DNA of 52,945 bases, taken from Clostridia bacterium. Lineage in GTDB: Bacteria > Bacillota > Sulfobacillia > RBS10-35 > JADGHG01. Both the position numbers and the translations under genes were made by a program. The DNA lies in contig JADGHG010000002.1 in the NCBI GenBank assembly GCA_019689585.1, positions 1 through 52,945 on the forward strand, written 5' to 3'. Positions 27,351 to 35,968 of the stretch are shown here, piece after piece; position 1 is the first letter of the stretch; every line of letters starts with the position of its first letter. The notes beneath the pieces were generated by a model. The model did not search any database. It was not told the origin of the DNA and was given only the letters and a program-made list of their open reading frames with translations.

Positions 27351-28682
27351 ATGGCCGTCGGCATCCGGAGGCCGCGCGGCACGGCCGACATCCTGCCGCC
27401 CGAGACGGCGAGGTGGCAGCGGGCCGAGGCGGTGGCGCGCGAGGTCTGCCGGCTCTACGGCTACGAGGAGATCCGGCTCCCGACCTTCGAGCACACCGAG
27501 CTCTTCCACCGCGGCGTCGGCGACACGTCGGACATCGTCGAGAAGGAGACGTACACCTTCGTCGACCGCGGCGGGCGCAGCCTCACGCTGCGGCCGGAAG
27601 GCACGGCCGGCGTCGTCCGCGCCTACCTCGAGAACGGCCTGGGGAGCCGGCCCCAACCGGTGAAGCTCTACTACCTCTCGCTCTCGGCCTTCCGCTACGA
27701 GAACCCGCAGGCCGGACGCCTGCGCGAGCACCACCAGTTCGGGGTCGAGGCGCTCGGGAGCGACGACCCCCGCCTGGACGCCGAGGTGATCGCGTTGGGC
27801 GCCGACTTCCTCCGCCGCGCGGGCGTGCGGGAGACGGGCCTGGCCTTGAACAGCATCGGCTGCCCCGTCTGCCGGCCCGCGTACCGCGAGGCGCTCGTGG
27901 CGTACTTCGCGCCGCTTGCGGGGAAGCTCTGCGCCGACTGCCAAAGGCGGCTTCAGCGCAACCCCCTCCGCCTTCTCGACTGCAAGGAGGACCGCGAGCT
28001 GGCCCTCGCGGCGCCCCGCGCCCTCGACTACCTCTGCGCCGACTGCCGCGAGCACTTCGAGGGCGTGACGCGCGCCCTCGCCGCGCTCGGGCGCGAGTTC
28101 GCCATCGACCCCACGCTCGTCCGCGGCATCGACTACTACACGCGCACCGTGTTCGAGTTCACGCACGGGGCGCTCGGCGCGCAGGCGAGCCTCTTCGGCG
28201 GAGGGCGCTACGACGGGCTCGCCGAGGCGATCGGCGGGCCGCCCGTGCCGGGCGTCGGCTTCGGCCTCGGCATGGAGCGGCTCCTGCAGGCGGTCGCGGC
28301 CGAGACCGGGCCGGGCGGCGAGGAGCGCGCGCCCGAGGCCCGGCTCGACGTCTTCGTCGCGGCCCTCGGGGCCGGGCGCGAGCCGGCCTTCCGACTGCTC
28401 GCGCGGCTTCGCGAGCTCGGCCTGGTGGCCGACACGGACTACCTCGGCCGCTCGCTCAAGGCGCAGCTCCGCGCCGCCGGCCGCGAGGGCGCGCGCTTCG
28501 TCGCGATCGTGGGCGAGGCCGAGGCGGAGGTCGGCCAGGTGACGCTGAAGGCGATGGATGCGGGCGGCGCCCAGTGGCAGGTGGCCTTCGCGGACGCGCC
28601 CGCGGCCCTTCGCGCCGCCCTCGCCGGGGGCCGGGCGGAGGCGCAGGCGGGCGCGCCGCGCGACGGGGAGGTCGAGGCGTGA
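27351..28682 (+). CDS. hisS: histidine--tRNA ligase
   Basis: 'PRGTADILP', 'LTLRPEGTAGVVRAY', 'FRYENPQAGRLREHHQFG' and 'GGGRYDGL'. Length is 443 aa. Confidence 0.95.
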   Translation: MAVGIRRPRGTADILPPETARWQRAEAVAREVCRLYGYEEIRLPTFEHTELFHRGVGDTSDIVEKETYTFVDRGGRSLTLRPEGTAGVVRAYLENGLGSRPQPVKLYYLSLSAFRYENPQAGRLREHHQFGVEALGSDDPRLDAEVIALGADFLRRAGVRETGLALNSIGCPVCRPAYREALVAYFAPLAGKLCADCQRRLQRNPLRLLDCKEDRELALAAPRALDYLCADCREHFEGVTRALAALGREFAIDPTLVRGIDYYTRTVFEFTHGALGAQASLFGGGRYDGLAEAIGGPPVPGVGFGLGMERLLQAVAAETGPGGEERAPEARLDVFVAALGAGREPAFRLLARLRELGLVADTDYLGRSLKAQLRAAGREGARFVAIVGEAEAEVGQVTLKAMDAGGAQWQVAFADAPAALRAALAGGRAEAQAGAPRDGEVEA

Positions 28683-30616
28683 CGGAACGGGTTGTGGACG
28701 TGGCGGGGCTCCCCGGGGAGCCGCTTCCCCTCGCCAGGCCGCGGGAGGTCGAGGCCGAGACGAGCGCCGCGCGCGCGGGCGGGCCGGCCCCCGACTGGCA
28801 GCGGAGCGACTTCTGCGGCACGCTCCGGGCGGCCGACGAAGGGAAGGTCGTCGTGCTCGACGGGTGGGTGCAGCGCATCCGCGACCACGGCCAGCTCGTC
28901 TTCCTCGACCTGCGCGACCGGACGGGCGTCGTGCAGGTGACGTGCGACGCCTCCCGCACGCCCGAGGTGCACGCGGTCGTCCGGGACCTGAAGCCCGAGT
29001 CCGTGGTGGCCGTCCGCGGCCGCGTGCGCCGGCGCGCGCCCGGCGCCGAGAACCCGCGCATGGCAACGGGCGAGATCGAGGTCGAGCCGGAACGGCTCCT
29101 CGTCCTCGCGGCCGCGAAGACGCCGCCCTTTCCCATCGGCGCGCACGCGCCCGGCGAGGTCGACGAGCGGCTCCGACTGCGCCATCGCTACCTCGACCTG
29201 CGTCGGCCCGAGATGTTCGCCCACCTCGTGCTGCGGCACCGCTTCGTCAAGGCGGCCCGCGACTTCTTCGACGCCCGCGGCTTCCTCGAGATCGAGACGC
29301 CGATGCTCACGCGCTCGACGCCCGAAGGGGCGCGCGACTTCCTCGTCCCGAGCCGGCTCGAGCCGGGGAGCTTCTACGCGCTCCCGCAGTCGCCGCAGCT
29401 CTTCAAGCAGCTCCTCATGGTGGCGGGCGTCGAGCGCTACGTCCAGTTCGTCCGCTGCTTCCGCGACGAGGACCTGCGGGCCGACCGCCAACCCGAGCAC
29501 ACGCAGATCGACGTCGAGATGAGCTTCGTCACCCAGGAGGACGTCCTCGCCACGATGGAGGCGATGATGATCCACGCGCTCGGCGCCGTCGGGCGCCGGC
29601 CGCCCGGGCCGTTCCGGCGCATGAGCTACCGCGAGGCGATCGACCGCTACGGGAGCGACAAGCCCGACCTCCGCTTCGGGCTCGCGATCGCGGACCTCGG
29701 CCCCGCCGCGGCCGGCCTGCCGTTCCCTCCGTTCGCGAAGGCGCTCGGCGAGGGCGGCTCCGTGCGCGCGCTGGTCGTCCCGGGCGGCGCGCGGCTTTCG
29801 CGCCGGGAGATCGAGGGGCTGGCCGAGGAGGCGCGCGAGCGAGGCGCCTCGGGCCTCGTCTGGCTCGCGGGCGGGCCCGACGGATGGCGCGGTCCCCTGG
29901 CGCGGCCGCTCGCCGAGGCGGGCGACGACGCCGCGGCGCGGTTCCTCGCCGCCCTCCGGGAGGGGCTCGCCGGGCCCGACGGCGAGGCCGCGGGCGGGCT
30001 GGAAGGCTCGCTCGCCCTCCTCGTCGCGGGGCCGGCCGAGGCGGCGAGCGCCGCCCTCGGCCACATCCGGCTGCGGCTCGCCGAGCGGCTCTCGCTCGTC
30101 CCCGACGGCCGGGATGCCTTCGTCTGGGTGACCGACTTCCCGATGTTCGAGTGGAACGAGGAGGAGTCGCGCTGGGACGCCAAGCACCACCCGTTCACCG
30201 CGCCCCACGAGGAGGACCTGGACGCCCTTCTCACGGACCCGGGCCGCGTGCGGGCGCACGCCTACGACCTCGTGTGGAACGGCGTCGAGCTCGGCAGCGG
30301 CAGCCTGCGCATCCACCGGCGCGACGTCCAGGAGCGGGTCTTCCGCGCGATCGGGCTCGGCGACGAGGAGGCGCGCGAGAAGTTCGGCTTCCTCCTCGAG
30401 GCCTTCGAGTACGGCGTGCCGCCGCACGGCGGCATGGCGCTCGGCCTCGACCGCATCGCGATGCTGGTCGCGGGGGCGGCGACGATCCGCGAGGTGATCG
30501 CCTTCCCGAAGTCGGCGAGCGGCGCCGACCCGCTCACGGGTGCGCCGGCGGCGGTCGACCCGAGCCAGCTCCTTCCGCTGGGCATCGAGGTGCGCCGGGG
30601 CGCGCCGAAGGCGTAG
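28679..30616 (+). CDS. aspS: aspartate--tRNA ligase (with ~40-aa N-terminal extension)
   Basis: GTGA overlap with the hisS stop. 'FLDLRDRTGVVQV', 'FYALPQSPQLFKQLLM', 'FRDEDLRADRQPEHTQID' and 'GGMALGLDR'. Confidence 0.95.
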   Translation: MTERVVDVAGLPGEPLPLARPREVEAETSAARAGGPAPDWQRSDFCGTLRAADEGKVVVLDGWVQRIRDHGQLVFLDLRDRTGVVQVTCDASRTPEVHAVVRDLKPESVVAVRGRVRRRAPGAENPRMATGEIEVEPERLLVLAAAKTPPFPIGAHAPGEVDERLRLRHRYLDLRRPEMFAHLVLRHRFVKAARDFFDARGFLEIETPMLTRSTPEGARDFLVPSRLEPGSFYALPQSPQLFKQLLMVAGVERYVQFVRCFRDEDLRADRQPEHTQIDVEMSFVTQEDVLATMEAMMIHALGAVGRRPPGPFRRMSYREAIDRYGSDKPDLRFGLAIADLGPAAAGLPFPPFAKALGEGGSVRALVVPGGARLSRREIEGLAEEARERGASGLVWLAGGPDGWRGPLARPLAEAGDDAAARFLAALREGLAGPDGEAAGGLEGSLALLVAGPAEAASAALGHIRLRLAERLSLVPDGRDAFVWVTDFPMFEWNEEESRWDAKHHPFTAPHEEDLDALLTDPGRVRAHAYDLVWNGVELGSGSLRIHRRDVQERVFRAIGLGDEEAREKFGFLLEAFEYGVPPHGGMALGLDRIAMLVAGAATIREVIAFPKSASGADPLTGAPAAVDPSQLLPLGIEVRRGAPKA

Positions 30617-30623
30617 GCGGCGG

Positions 30624-30652
30624 TTGTGGCCTCGCTTCGGCGCGGGTAGACT
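30624..30652 (+). promoter_or_regulatory. candidate promoter (TTGTGG-17-TAGACT) for the downstream structured RNA
   Basis: Hexamers at 30624-30629 and 30647-30652 with a 17-nt spacer, directly after the aspS stop. Confidence 0.35.
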
Positions 30653-30659
30653 CGTTGCG

Positions 30660-30900
30660 ACGGGCGTCCCTGCCGTGTGCGTGACGATCCGATTTTTGTT
30701 TTGAACCAACACCGACATCCGGGGAGCCCGATCCTCGCCCGGCGTGTGCAGGCCAGGGCGGGCGCGAGAGGCGGTCCGGGGGCTCGCCCCGGCGGACGCC
30801 GCCGCGGGCCGGGCCTGGAAGCCTGAGACGGGCGATAGGGCGCCCACCTGCCAAGGGCAGGTTTGAAACAATCGGCGCACGGCATGGCGGGGTACCTACG
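30660..30900 (+). ncRNA. ssrS: candidate 6S RNA (SsrS-like)
   Basis: A non-coding gap of about 385 nt. The A/U-rich 5' arm (30668-30707, '...GAUUUUUGUUUUGAACC') pairs over about 30 bp (with G-U pairs and bulges) with the 3' arm (30860-30892, 'GGUUUGAAACAAUCGGCGCACGGCAUGGCGGGG'). The GC-rich interior contains small hairpins such as CUGCC-AAG-GGCAG. The position after aspS matches B. subtilis bsrA (from memory). Confidence 0.45.
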
Positions 30901-30901
30901 G

Positions 30902-30927
30902 ACGCGCCCGGAGACCGGGCGCGTTTC
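30902..30927 (+). terminator. stem-loop (10-bp stem, 3-nt loop) followed by a short T-containing tail
   Basis: ACGCGCCCGG-AGA-CCGGGCGCGT followed by TTCGTCGT. The U-tract is weak. Confidence 0.4.
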
Positions 30928-31001
30928 GTCGTCCGGGGGCCCGCGACGGGGCCGCAGCCGGCCGCGGGCGACCTCCGGGCCGGTCGGCCGGGGAAGGCGA
31001 G

Positions 31002-31490
31002 GTGGGCCCGCTGACGCCGGCCACGCGCGCCTTGGACGCCCTCGGCGTGCCGTATCGCGTCCGGACCTACGAGGCCCGCGAGCACACGGCCGCCGCCGTC
31101 GCCCATGCGCTCGGCATCGAGCCGGGCCGCATCTTCAAGACGCTCCTCGTCGCGCTTCTGGGCGACGGGCACGGCCTCTTTCTCGTCCCGGGCGACCGCG
31201 AGCTCGACCTCCGCCGCGCGGCGGAGGCGGCGGGGGCGAAGCGAGCCGAGCTCGCCCGGCGCGAGGACGTCCCGCGCCTCACGGGATACGTGCCCGGCGG
31301 CGTCTCGCCCCTCGGCACGCGCCGGCCGCTCCCCGTGTGGGTCGACCGCTCGGCCCTCGCCTGGGACGAGATCAGCGTGAGCGCCGGCCGCCGCGGCGCG
31401 CAGATCCAGATCGCGCCCGAGGCGCTCATCGGCGCGACGGGCGCGCGCCTCGCCGAGCTCGCCTCTAGCGCGGGGGACCGACCGCGATGA
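31002..31490 (+). CDS. ybaK: Cys-tRNA(Pro)/Cys-tRNA(Cys) deacylase YbaK/EbsC family
   Basis: 'IFKTLLV', 'TGYVPGGVSPLG' and 'ISVSAGRRG'. Length is 162 aa. Confidence 0.8.
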   Translation: MGPLTPATRALDALGVPYRVRTYEAREHTAAAVAHALGIEPGRIFKTLLVALLGDGHGLFLVPGDRELDLRRAAEAAGAKRAELARREDVPRLTGYVPGGVSPLGTRRPLPVWVDRSALAWDEISVSAGRRGAQIQIAPEALIGATGARLAELASSAGDRPR

Positions 31491-32520
31491 TCTCGGGGCT
31501 CGACCGGTAGGTGTCGACGCCGAGGTCCCGCGTGACGGCGCCCTCCGGGTAGTGGACGGTGATCCAGGTGTGCACGCGCGCCCCGTCCTGGCCGGGCGCC
31601 ACCGTCTTGCGGATCCCGGGCGGGAGGGACGGGTCGCGCGTGAAGACCGTCCGCTTAGGGTAGGTGGCGAGGAGTTCGTGCCGCCAGGTGACGGCGGGCG
31701 GCTTGCGCGCGCCGTAGATGCTGATCGTGAGCCAGCGGTTCTGCGCCGAGGCGCGCAGGAGAAGCGGCCGGCCGGTGTCGTTCCGGAAGCGGAAGTCGAG
31801 GCCGCCCGAATCGGTCACGGTCGCGTCCTGGCCCGGCGGCAGGTAGGGCACCGTGAGGCCGTGGGGGTGCCGCTCGACGACGGCCAGGTCGGCGAGGACG
31901 ACGGCGTTGTAGAGCGTCGAGGCCGGTTGGCAGACGCCGCCCCCGATCGAGGGCACGATGCGGTCGCCGACGAACATGCGGCCCCAGCCGAAACCGCCCG
32001 CCTCCGTGAAGGGGCCGACCGTGCGGTTGTACGAGAAGACCTCGCCCGGCTCGACGACCCGGCCGTTCAGCTTCTTCGCGGCGAGCGCGATGTTGTCGGC
32101 CTGCGAGTCGCTCGCGTGGTCGAAGTTGGTGCTGTAGCTGGCCATGAGGTAGGCGAGGCCGAGCTCCGCCGCCTGGCGCGCCAGCTTGGCGTCGTCGGGG
32201 AGGAAGACGCCGTGCGCCTCCCGGGGCATCTCCGACGGAAGGATGGGCGCGGCCGAGGTGCCGACGGCCGGGTCGTCGACGCCCGTCGCCGCCGGCCGGC
32301 CGGTCGCGAGGCGCACCCCGGGAAGGAGCGCGGCGTCGAAGGGCGCCCGCGCCGACCCCGAGGGCGGGAGCTCGGACGGCGCCTCCGACTCGGACTCCGA
32401 CTCGGAGGCGCCGAGCTCTTGCGCCCCCGGATGCCAGATCTCGCCAGAGATCGCGAACGCGGCCACGACCGCGAGGTAGATCGCGATCGAGACGGCGATG
32501 CGGGCGAAGGCCCAGCGCAT
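31465..32520 (-). CDS. VanW-like protein with C-terminal G5 domain (YoaR-like)
   Basis: 'PGEVFSYNRTVGPFTEAGGF' and 'GGGVCQPASTLYNA' (VanW). A C-terminal G5-like 'PPGIRKTVAPGQDGARV' follows. N-terminal TM anchor. Confidence 0.8.
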   Translation of the reverse strand: MRWAFARIAVSIAIYLAVVAAFAISGEIWHPGAQELGASESESESEAPSELPPSGSARAPFDAALLPGVRLATGRPAATGVDDPAVGTSAAPILPSEMPREAHGVFLPDDAKLARQAAELGLAYLMASYSTNFDHASDSQADNIALAAKKLNGRVVEPGEVFSYNRTVGPFTEAGGFGWGRMFVGDRIVPSIGGGVCQPASTLYNAVVLADLAVVERHPHGLTVPYLPPGQDATVTDSGGLDFRFRNDTGRPLLLRASAQNRWLTISIYGARKPPAVTWRHELLATYPKRTVFTRDPSLPPGIRKTVAPGQDGARVHTWITVHYPEGAVTRDLGVDTYRSSPEIIAVGPPR

Positions 32521-32577
32521 CGGTCGTCGCCTCCGGTCGCCATAGTCTTGGGGTGGCGACCGCGCTTCGATGCACCG

Positions 32578-33102
32578 TCATGCGCGCGAGAAGAAGGCGG
32601 TCGCCCACACGCTCGCGGCGAAGCCGACGGCGTCGCCGAAGAGGCAGAACGCGAGCGCGGGGCCGCTCCGGCGGATCCCCACCGACCCGAGGTAGACGCT
32701 CAGCACGTAGAGCGTCGTCTCGCTCGAGCCTTGCATCACCGAAGCCAGGCGGCCGGTGGGCGAGTCGGGCCCGTACTCGTTTAGGAGGTTGACGAGGAGG
32801 CCGAGGGCGGCCGAGCCCGAGAGCGGCCGCACGAGGAGCAGCGGCACGACGGCCGGCGGCACGCCGAGGGCCGAAAGCGGCTGCGCCGCGAGGCCCGAGG
32901 CGTAGGCGAGGGCGCCGCTTTCGCGGAAGGCGCCGATCGCGACGTAGACGGCCAGGATGTAGGGGAAGATCCGGAAGACGAGGAGGAGCCCCTCGCGCGC
33001 CCCCTCGAGGAAGGCCTCGAAGACGTCGACGCCGCGCGCAAGGCCGAGCCCGAGGGCCGCGGCCACGAAGGCGGGCAGGACCCAGGCCGCGAGGCTACCC
33101 AC
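32578..33102 (-). CDS. spmB: spore maturation protein B (nucleoside-recognition domain membrane protein)
   Basis: 'IFPYILAVYVAIGAFRESGA', 'LLLVRPLSGSAALG' and 'MQGSSETTLYVLSVY'. Confidence 0.8.
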   Translation of the reverse strand: MGSLAAWVLPAFVAAALGLGLARGVDVFEAFLEGAREGLLLVFRIFPYILAVYVAIGAFRESGALAYASGLAAQPLSALGVPPAVVPLLLVRPLSGSAALGLLVNLLNEYGPDSPTGRLASVMQGSSETTLYVLSVYLGSVGIRRSGPALAFCLFGDAVGFAASVWATAFFSRA

Positions 33103-33688
33103 GGCCCGCCCGCGCGAGGTAGCGCCGCCAGGCGGCCGTCGCGAGGAGCACCGCCGCCATCGCCAGGCCGGTCGCGCAGGCGGCGGGGGCCACGACCCAC
33201 GCCGGCTCGCGCGAGCCCGCGGCCGCCCGGATCGCGACCGTCGTCGCCGGCACGAGGGAGAGGGCTGCGCTGTTGAGCGCGAGGAACGTCACCATGGCGG
33301 GCGAGGCGCGGTCGGGGTCGGGGTTTGCGGCCTGGAGCTCCCGCATCGCCTGGAGGCCGAAGGGCGTGGCGGCGTTGCCGAGCCCGAGCATGTTCGCCGC
33401 CATGTTCATCACGATGGCGCCCGTCGCCGGATGGCCCGCCGGGAGCTCGGGGAAGAGCCGCCGGATGAAGGGCCGGAGCGCCCGGCCGAGGAGCTCGATG
33501 AGGCCCGCGCGCTCGGCGATGCGGCTCACCCCGAACCAGACGCTGACGACGCCCGCGAGTTGCAGCGCGGCGCGCACGGCGTTCGCGCCTTCGCCGGCCA
33601 AGGCGCCCGTCACGGCCTCGAGGCGCCCCGTGGCGGCCCCCGCGACGAGCCCGCCGAGGAGGAGGACGACCCAGATCGCATTGACCAC
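33095..33688 (-). CDS. spmA: spore maturation protein A
   Basis: 'MVNAIWVVLLL' and 'NMAANMLGLGNAATPFGLQAM'. Overlaps spmB by 8 nt. Confidence 0.8.
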   Translation of the reverse strand: MVNAIWVVLLLGGLVAGAATGRLEAVTGALAGEGANAVRAALQLAGVVSVWFGVSRIAERAGLIELLGRALRPFIRRLFPELPAGHPATGAIVMNMAANMLGLGNAATPFGLQAMRELQAANPDPDRASPAMVTFLALNSAALSLVPATTVAIRAAAGSREPAWVVAPAACATGLAMAAVLLATAAWRRYLARAGRG

Positions 33689-33749
33689 GCCGAGCCCCCC
33701 GTCGGCGGCTCCGCCCGGCCCCGCCCGGCCTCGTCGCCCGCGGCCCGCC

Positions 33750-34244
33750 CTAGCGCACGAGGCGGAGGACGATCGCCGTCACCCCGGCCGCGATGAGCGG
33801 GCCGGTGGGCACGCCGCGCAGGATGGCCGTCCCCACGACCGTGCCGACGACGAGCGGCACGAGCACCTGCGGGTGCGCGTCCATGAAGCGGACGCCGTGC
33901 AGCGCCACCCAGCTGCCGGCGGCGCTTACGGCGACCGCCGTGAGGCCGCCCCAGCCGAAGAGGTCGCGGGCGAACTGCCGCCAGCTCACCTGTTCGAGCG
34001 CCACGGGCACGAGGACGGCGAGGACGAGGAACACGTAGCCGATCGGCAGCCCGTAGCGGCCGAGCCAGAGAAGCGCGAAGTCGACGTGCAGAAGGCGGAG
34101 CGCGATGAGGATGGCGGCCGCGCCCGCGACGACGGCGTTCCGCGCGAGAAGGCCGAGGACGAGGACGGCGACGAGCACCGCCAGGCCCGCGCCCACCGGC
34201 TCGCCTCCCACCGCTGACGGGTATTCTGCGGCGGGAGGGTTCAT
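33750..34244 (-). CDS. DUF441 (UPF0756, YtwI-like) membrane protein
   Basis: 'LVPVALEQVS' and 'GVPTGPLIAAGVTAIV' resemble YtwI. ATG at 34244 lies within the longer track ORF. Confidence 0.65.
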   Translation of the reverse strand: MNPPAAEYPSAVGGEPVGAGLAVLVAVLVLGLLARNAVVAGAAAILIALRLLHVDFALLWLGRYGLPIGYVFLVLAVLVPVALEQVSWRQFARDLFGWGGLTAVAVSAAGSWVALHGVRFMDAHPQVLVPLVVGTVVGTAILRGVPTGPLIAAGVTAIVLRLVR

Positions 34245-34286
34245 CACCGGGCGTGCGGAAGCCCCCGGGCCGGGGAGGGTCGCGAG

Positions 34287-35129
34287 GTGGGGGAGATCCG
34301 GGTCGGCACCTGCGCCTGGAGCGACCACGAGAACTTCTACCCCGCGGGGCTCCCGCCGGCCGAGCGCATCCGCTACTACGCCCGCCACTTCCCCGTCGTC
34401 GAGGTCGACAGCACGTACTACCACATGCCGTCCGAGCGGAACTTCCGGCTCTGGGCCGAGAGGACGCCGCCGGGCTTCGTCTTCGACGTCAAGGCCTACC
34501 GCGCCATGACGCGCCACGACCGCGGCCGCGCGGGGCCCCCCGACCCCATGCCGCTCGAGGAGGTCTTCCTCCGCTTCGCCGAGGCGCTCTCGCCCCTTCA
34601 GGCGGCCGGCAAGCTCGGGGCGCTCCTTCTGCAGTTCCCGCCCTGGTTCCGGCAGAGCGAGGCGAACTTCGACTACCTCCTCTTCTGCCGGCGCATGCTC
34701 GCGGGGCTCTGCCTCGCCGTCGAGTTCCGCCACCGCAGCTGGTTCGAGGGCGAGGAGCGCGAACGGACGCTCGCCTTCCTCGCCGAGCACGGCTTCGTCC
34801 ACGTCGTCGCGGACGAGCCGCAGGTCGGGTCGGGGTCGGTGCCGCTCGTCGTCGCCGTCACGAACCCGGAGCTCGCCGTCGTCCGCCTGCACGGGCGCAA
34901 CGCCGACACCTGGTACCTGGGCGGGAGGACGAGCGGGGAGCGGTTCCGGTACAAATACGGGGGCGACGAGCTCGGCGAGTGGGCCCGCACGGCCCGCGGG
35001 CTGGCCGGGAAGGCGCGGGAGGTGCACGTGCTCTTCAACAACAACTTCGGCGACTACGCGGTCGTGAACGCGCGCGAGCTGCGCGACCTGCTCGGGCTGC
35101 CCGCGCCCGGCGGGCCGGTCGCGGGCTGA
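34287..35129 (+). CDS. DUF72 (YecE-like) domain protein
   Basis: 'GTCAWSDHENFYP', 'YYARHFPVVEVDSTYY' and 'LLQFPPWF'. Confidence 0.85.
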   Translation: MGEIRVGTCAWSDHENFYPAGLPPAERIRYYARHFPVVEVDSTYYHMPSERNFRLWAERTPPGFVFDVKAYRAMTRHDRGRAGPPDPMPLEEVFLRFAEALSPLQAAGKLGALLLQFPPWFRQSEANFDYLLFCRRMLAGLCLAVEFRHRSWFEGEERERTLAFLAEHGFVHVVADEPQVGSGSVPLVVAVTNPELAVVRLHGRNADTWYLGGRTSGERFRYKYGGDELGEWARTARGLAGKAREVHVLFNNNFGDYAVVNARELRDLLGLPAPGGPVAG

Positions 35130-35968
35130 TGTTCGCGCCCGGGCTCGGCGCGACGATCGACCGGCTCTCGCAGGGCTTCTCCGGGGTGCTCGCGCTCTAC
35201 GCCCGCGACCTCCGCGACGGCGACGAGCTCCAGGTCGACGCCGACCGCGTGTGCGAGACGGCGAGCGTCATCAAGGTGCCGATCCTCGTCGCCCTCTCGG
35301 AGCTCGTCGAGGCCGGCCGGCTGGGCTGGGAGACGACCGTGGCGGTCCGCCCCGAGAACCGCACGACCGGGTCGGGGGTGCTCGCGGACCTCGAGGACGG
35401 GCTGCGCCTTCGCATCTCTGACCTCGCGTCCCTCATGATCGTCGTGAGCGACAACGTGGCGACGAACGAGCTCATCGACCGGGTCGGCCTCGAGGCGGTG
35501 AACGCCGCCATGGAGCGGCGCGGGCTCAGGCAGACCCGCCTCCACAAGAAGCTCTTCTGGAACCTGCCGGGGCCGCTCGGGACGACGACGCCGCGCGAGA
35601 TGGCGGAGCTCATGGTCGCGATCCGCGACGGCCGCTGCGTCTCGCCCGCCGCCGACGCGCGCATGCTCGCCATCCTGCGCCGCCAGCACTTCAACGCCGC
35701 CACGCTGCGCCGCTTCCCGTACGCGCTCGTCGCCGAGGAGGACGCGGGCCTTCGCCCCGCGGTCGCCGTGGCCTCGAAGAGCGGCTCGCTCCCGGGCGTC
35801 CGCAACGACGTGGCCCTCGTCTCCACGCCCGCGGGCGACTACGTCGTCAGCATGTTCACGGCCGGCTGCCGCGACCCGCGCTACCACGTCGACAACGAGG
35901 CGCTTCTGCTCCTGCCCCGCGTCTCGCGCGCCATCCTCGACGCCTTCCTGGCCGGGGGCCGGGGCTAG
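35129..35968 (+). CDS. class A beta-lactamase-related serine hydrolase
   Basis: TGATG overlap with DUF72. The SxxK 'ASVIK', SDN 'VSDN' and KSG 'SKSG' triad is present. Confidence 0.8.
   Translation: MFAPGLGATIDRLSQGFSGVLALYARDLRDGDELQVDADRVCETASVIKVPILVALSELVEAGRLGWETTVAVRPENRTTGSGVLADLEDGLRLRISDLASLMIVVSDNVATNELIDRVGLEAVNAAMERRGLRQTRLHKKLFWNLPGPLGTTTPREMAELMVAIRDGRCVSPAADARMLAILRRQHFNAATLRRFPYALVAEEDAGLRPAVAVASKSGSLPGVRNDVALVSTPAGDYVVSMFTAGCRDPRYHVDNEALLLLPRVSRAILDAFLAGGRG

Noticed and set aside
28679-28820. AspS N-terminal extension as a novel domain
   Set aside because: The roughly 40 extra residues are low complexity. The only in-frame start codons (28679, 28694, 28700) all lie upstream of the conserved 'RSDFCGTLR' start region, so the extension is probably real. 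It is most simply a disordered tail and not worth a separate claim.
31465-32520. VanW as evidence of a vancomycin-resistance cluster
   Set aside because: No vanH/A/X, vanR/S or D-Ala-D-Lac ligase genes are nearby. VanW/G5 proteins (YoaR-like) are common stand-alone cell-wall proteins in Bacillota.
35129-35968. Beta-lactamase-fold genes (here, 18256-19932 and 25783-27249) as antibiotic-resistance determinants
   Set aside because: Conserved SxxK/SDN/KSG or SxxK/YxN motifs show only the fold. Context (a housekeeping operon and a peptide catabolism cluster), the extra domains and the lack of clear secretion signals argue against classical secreted beta-lactamases. This cannot be settled without phylogeny.
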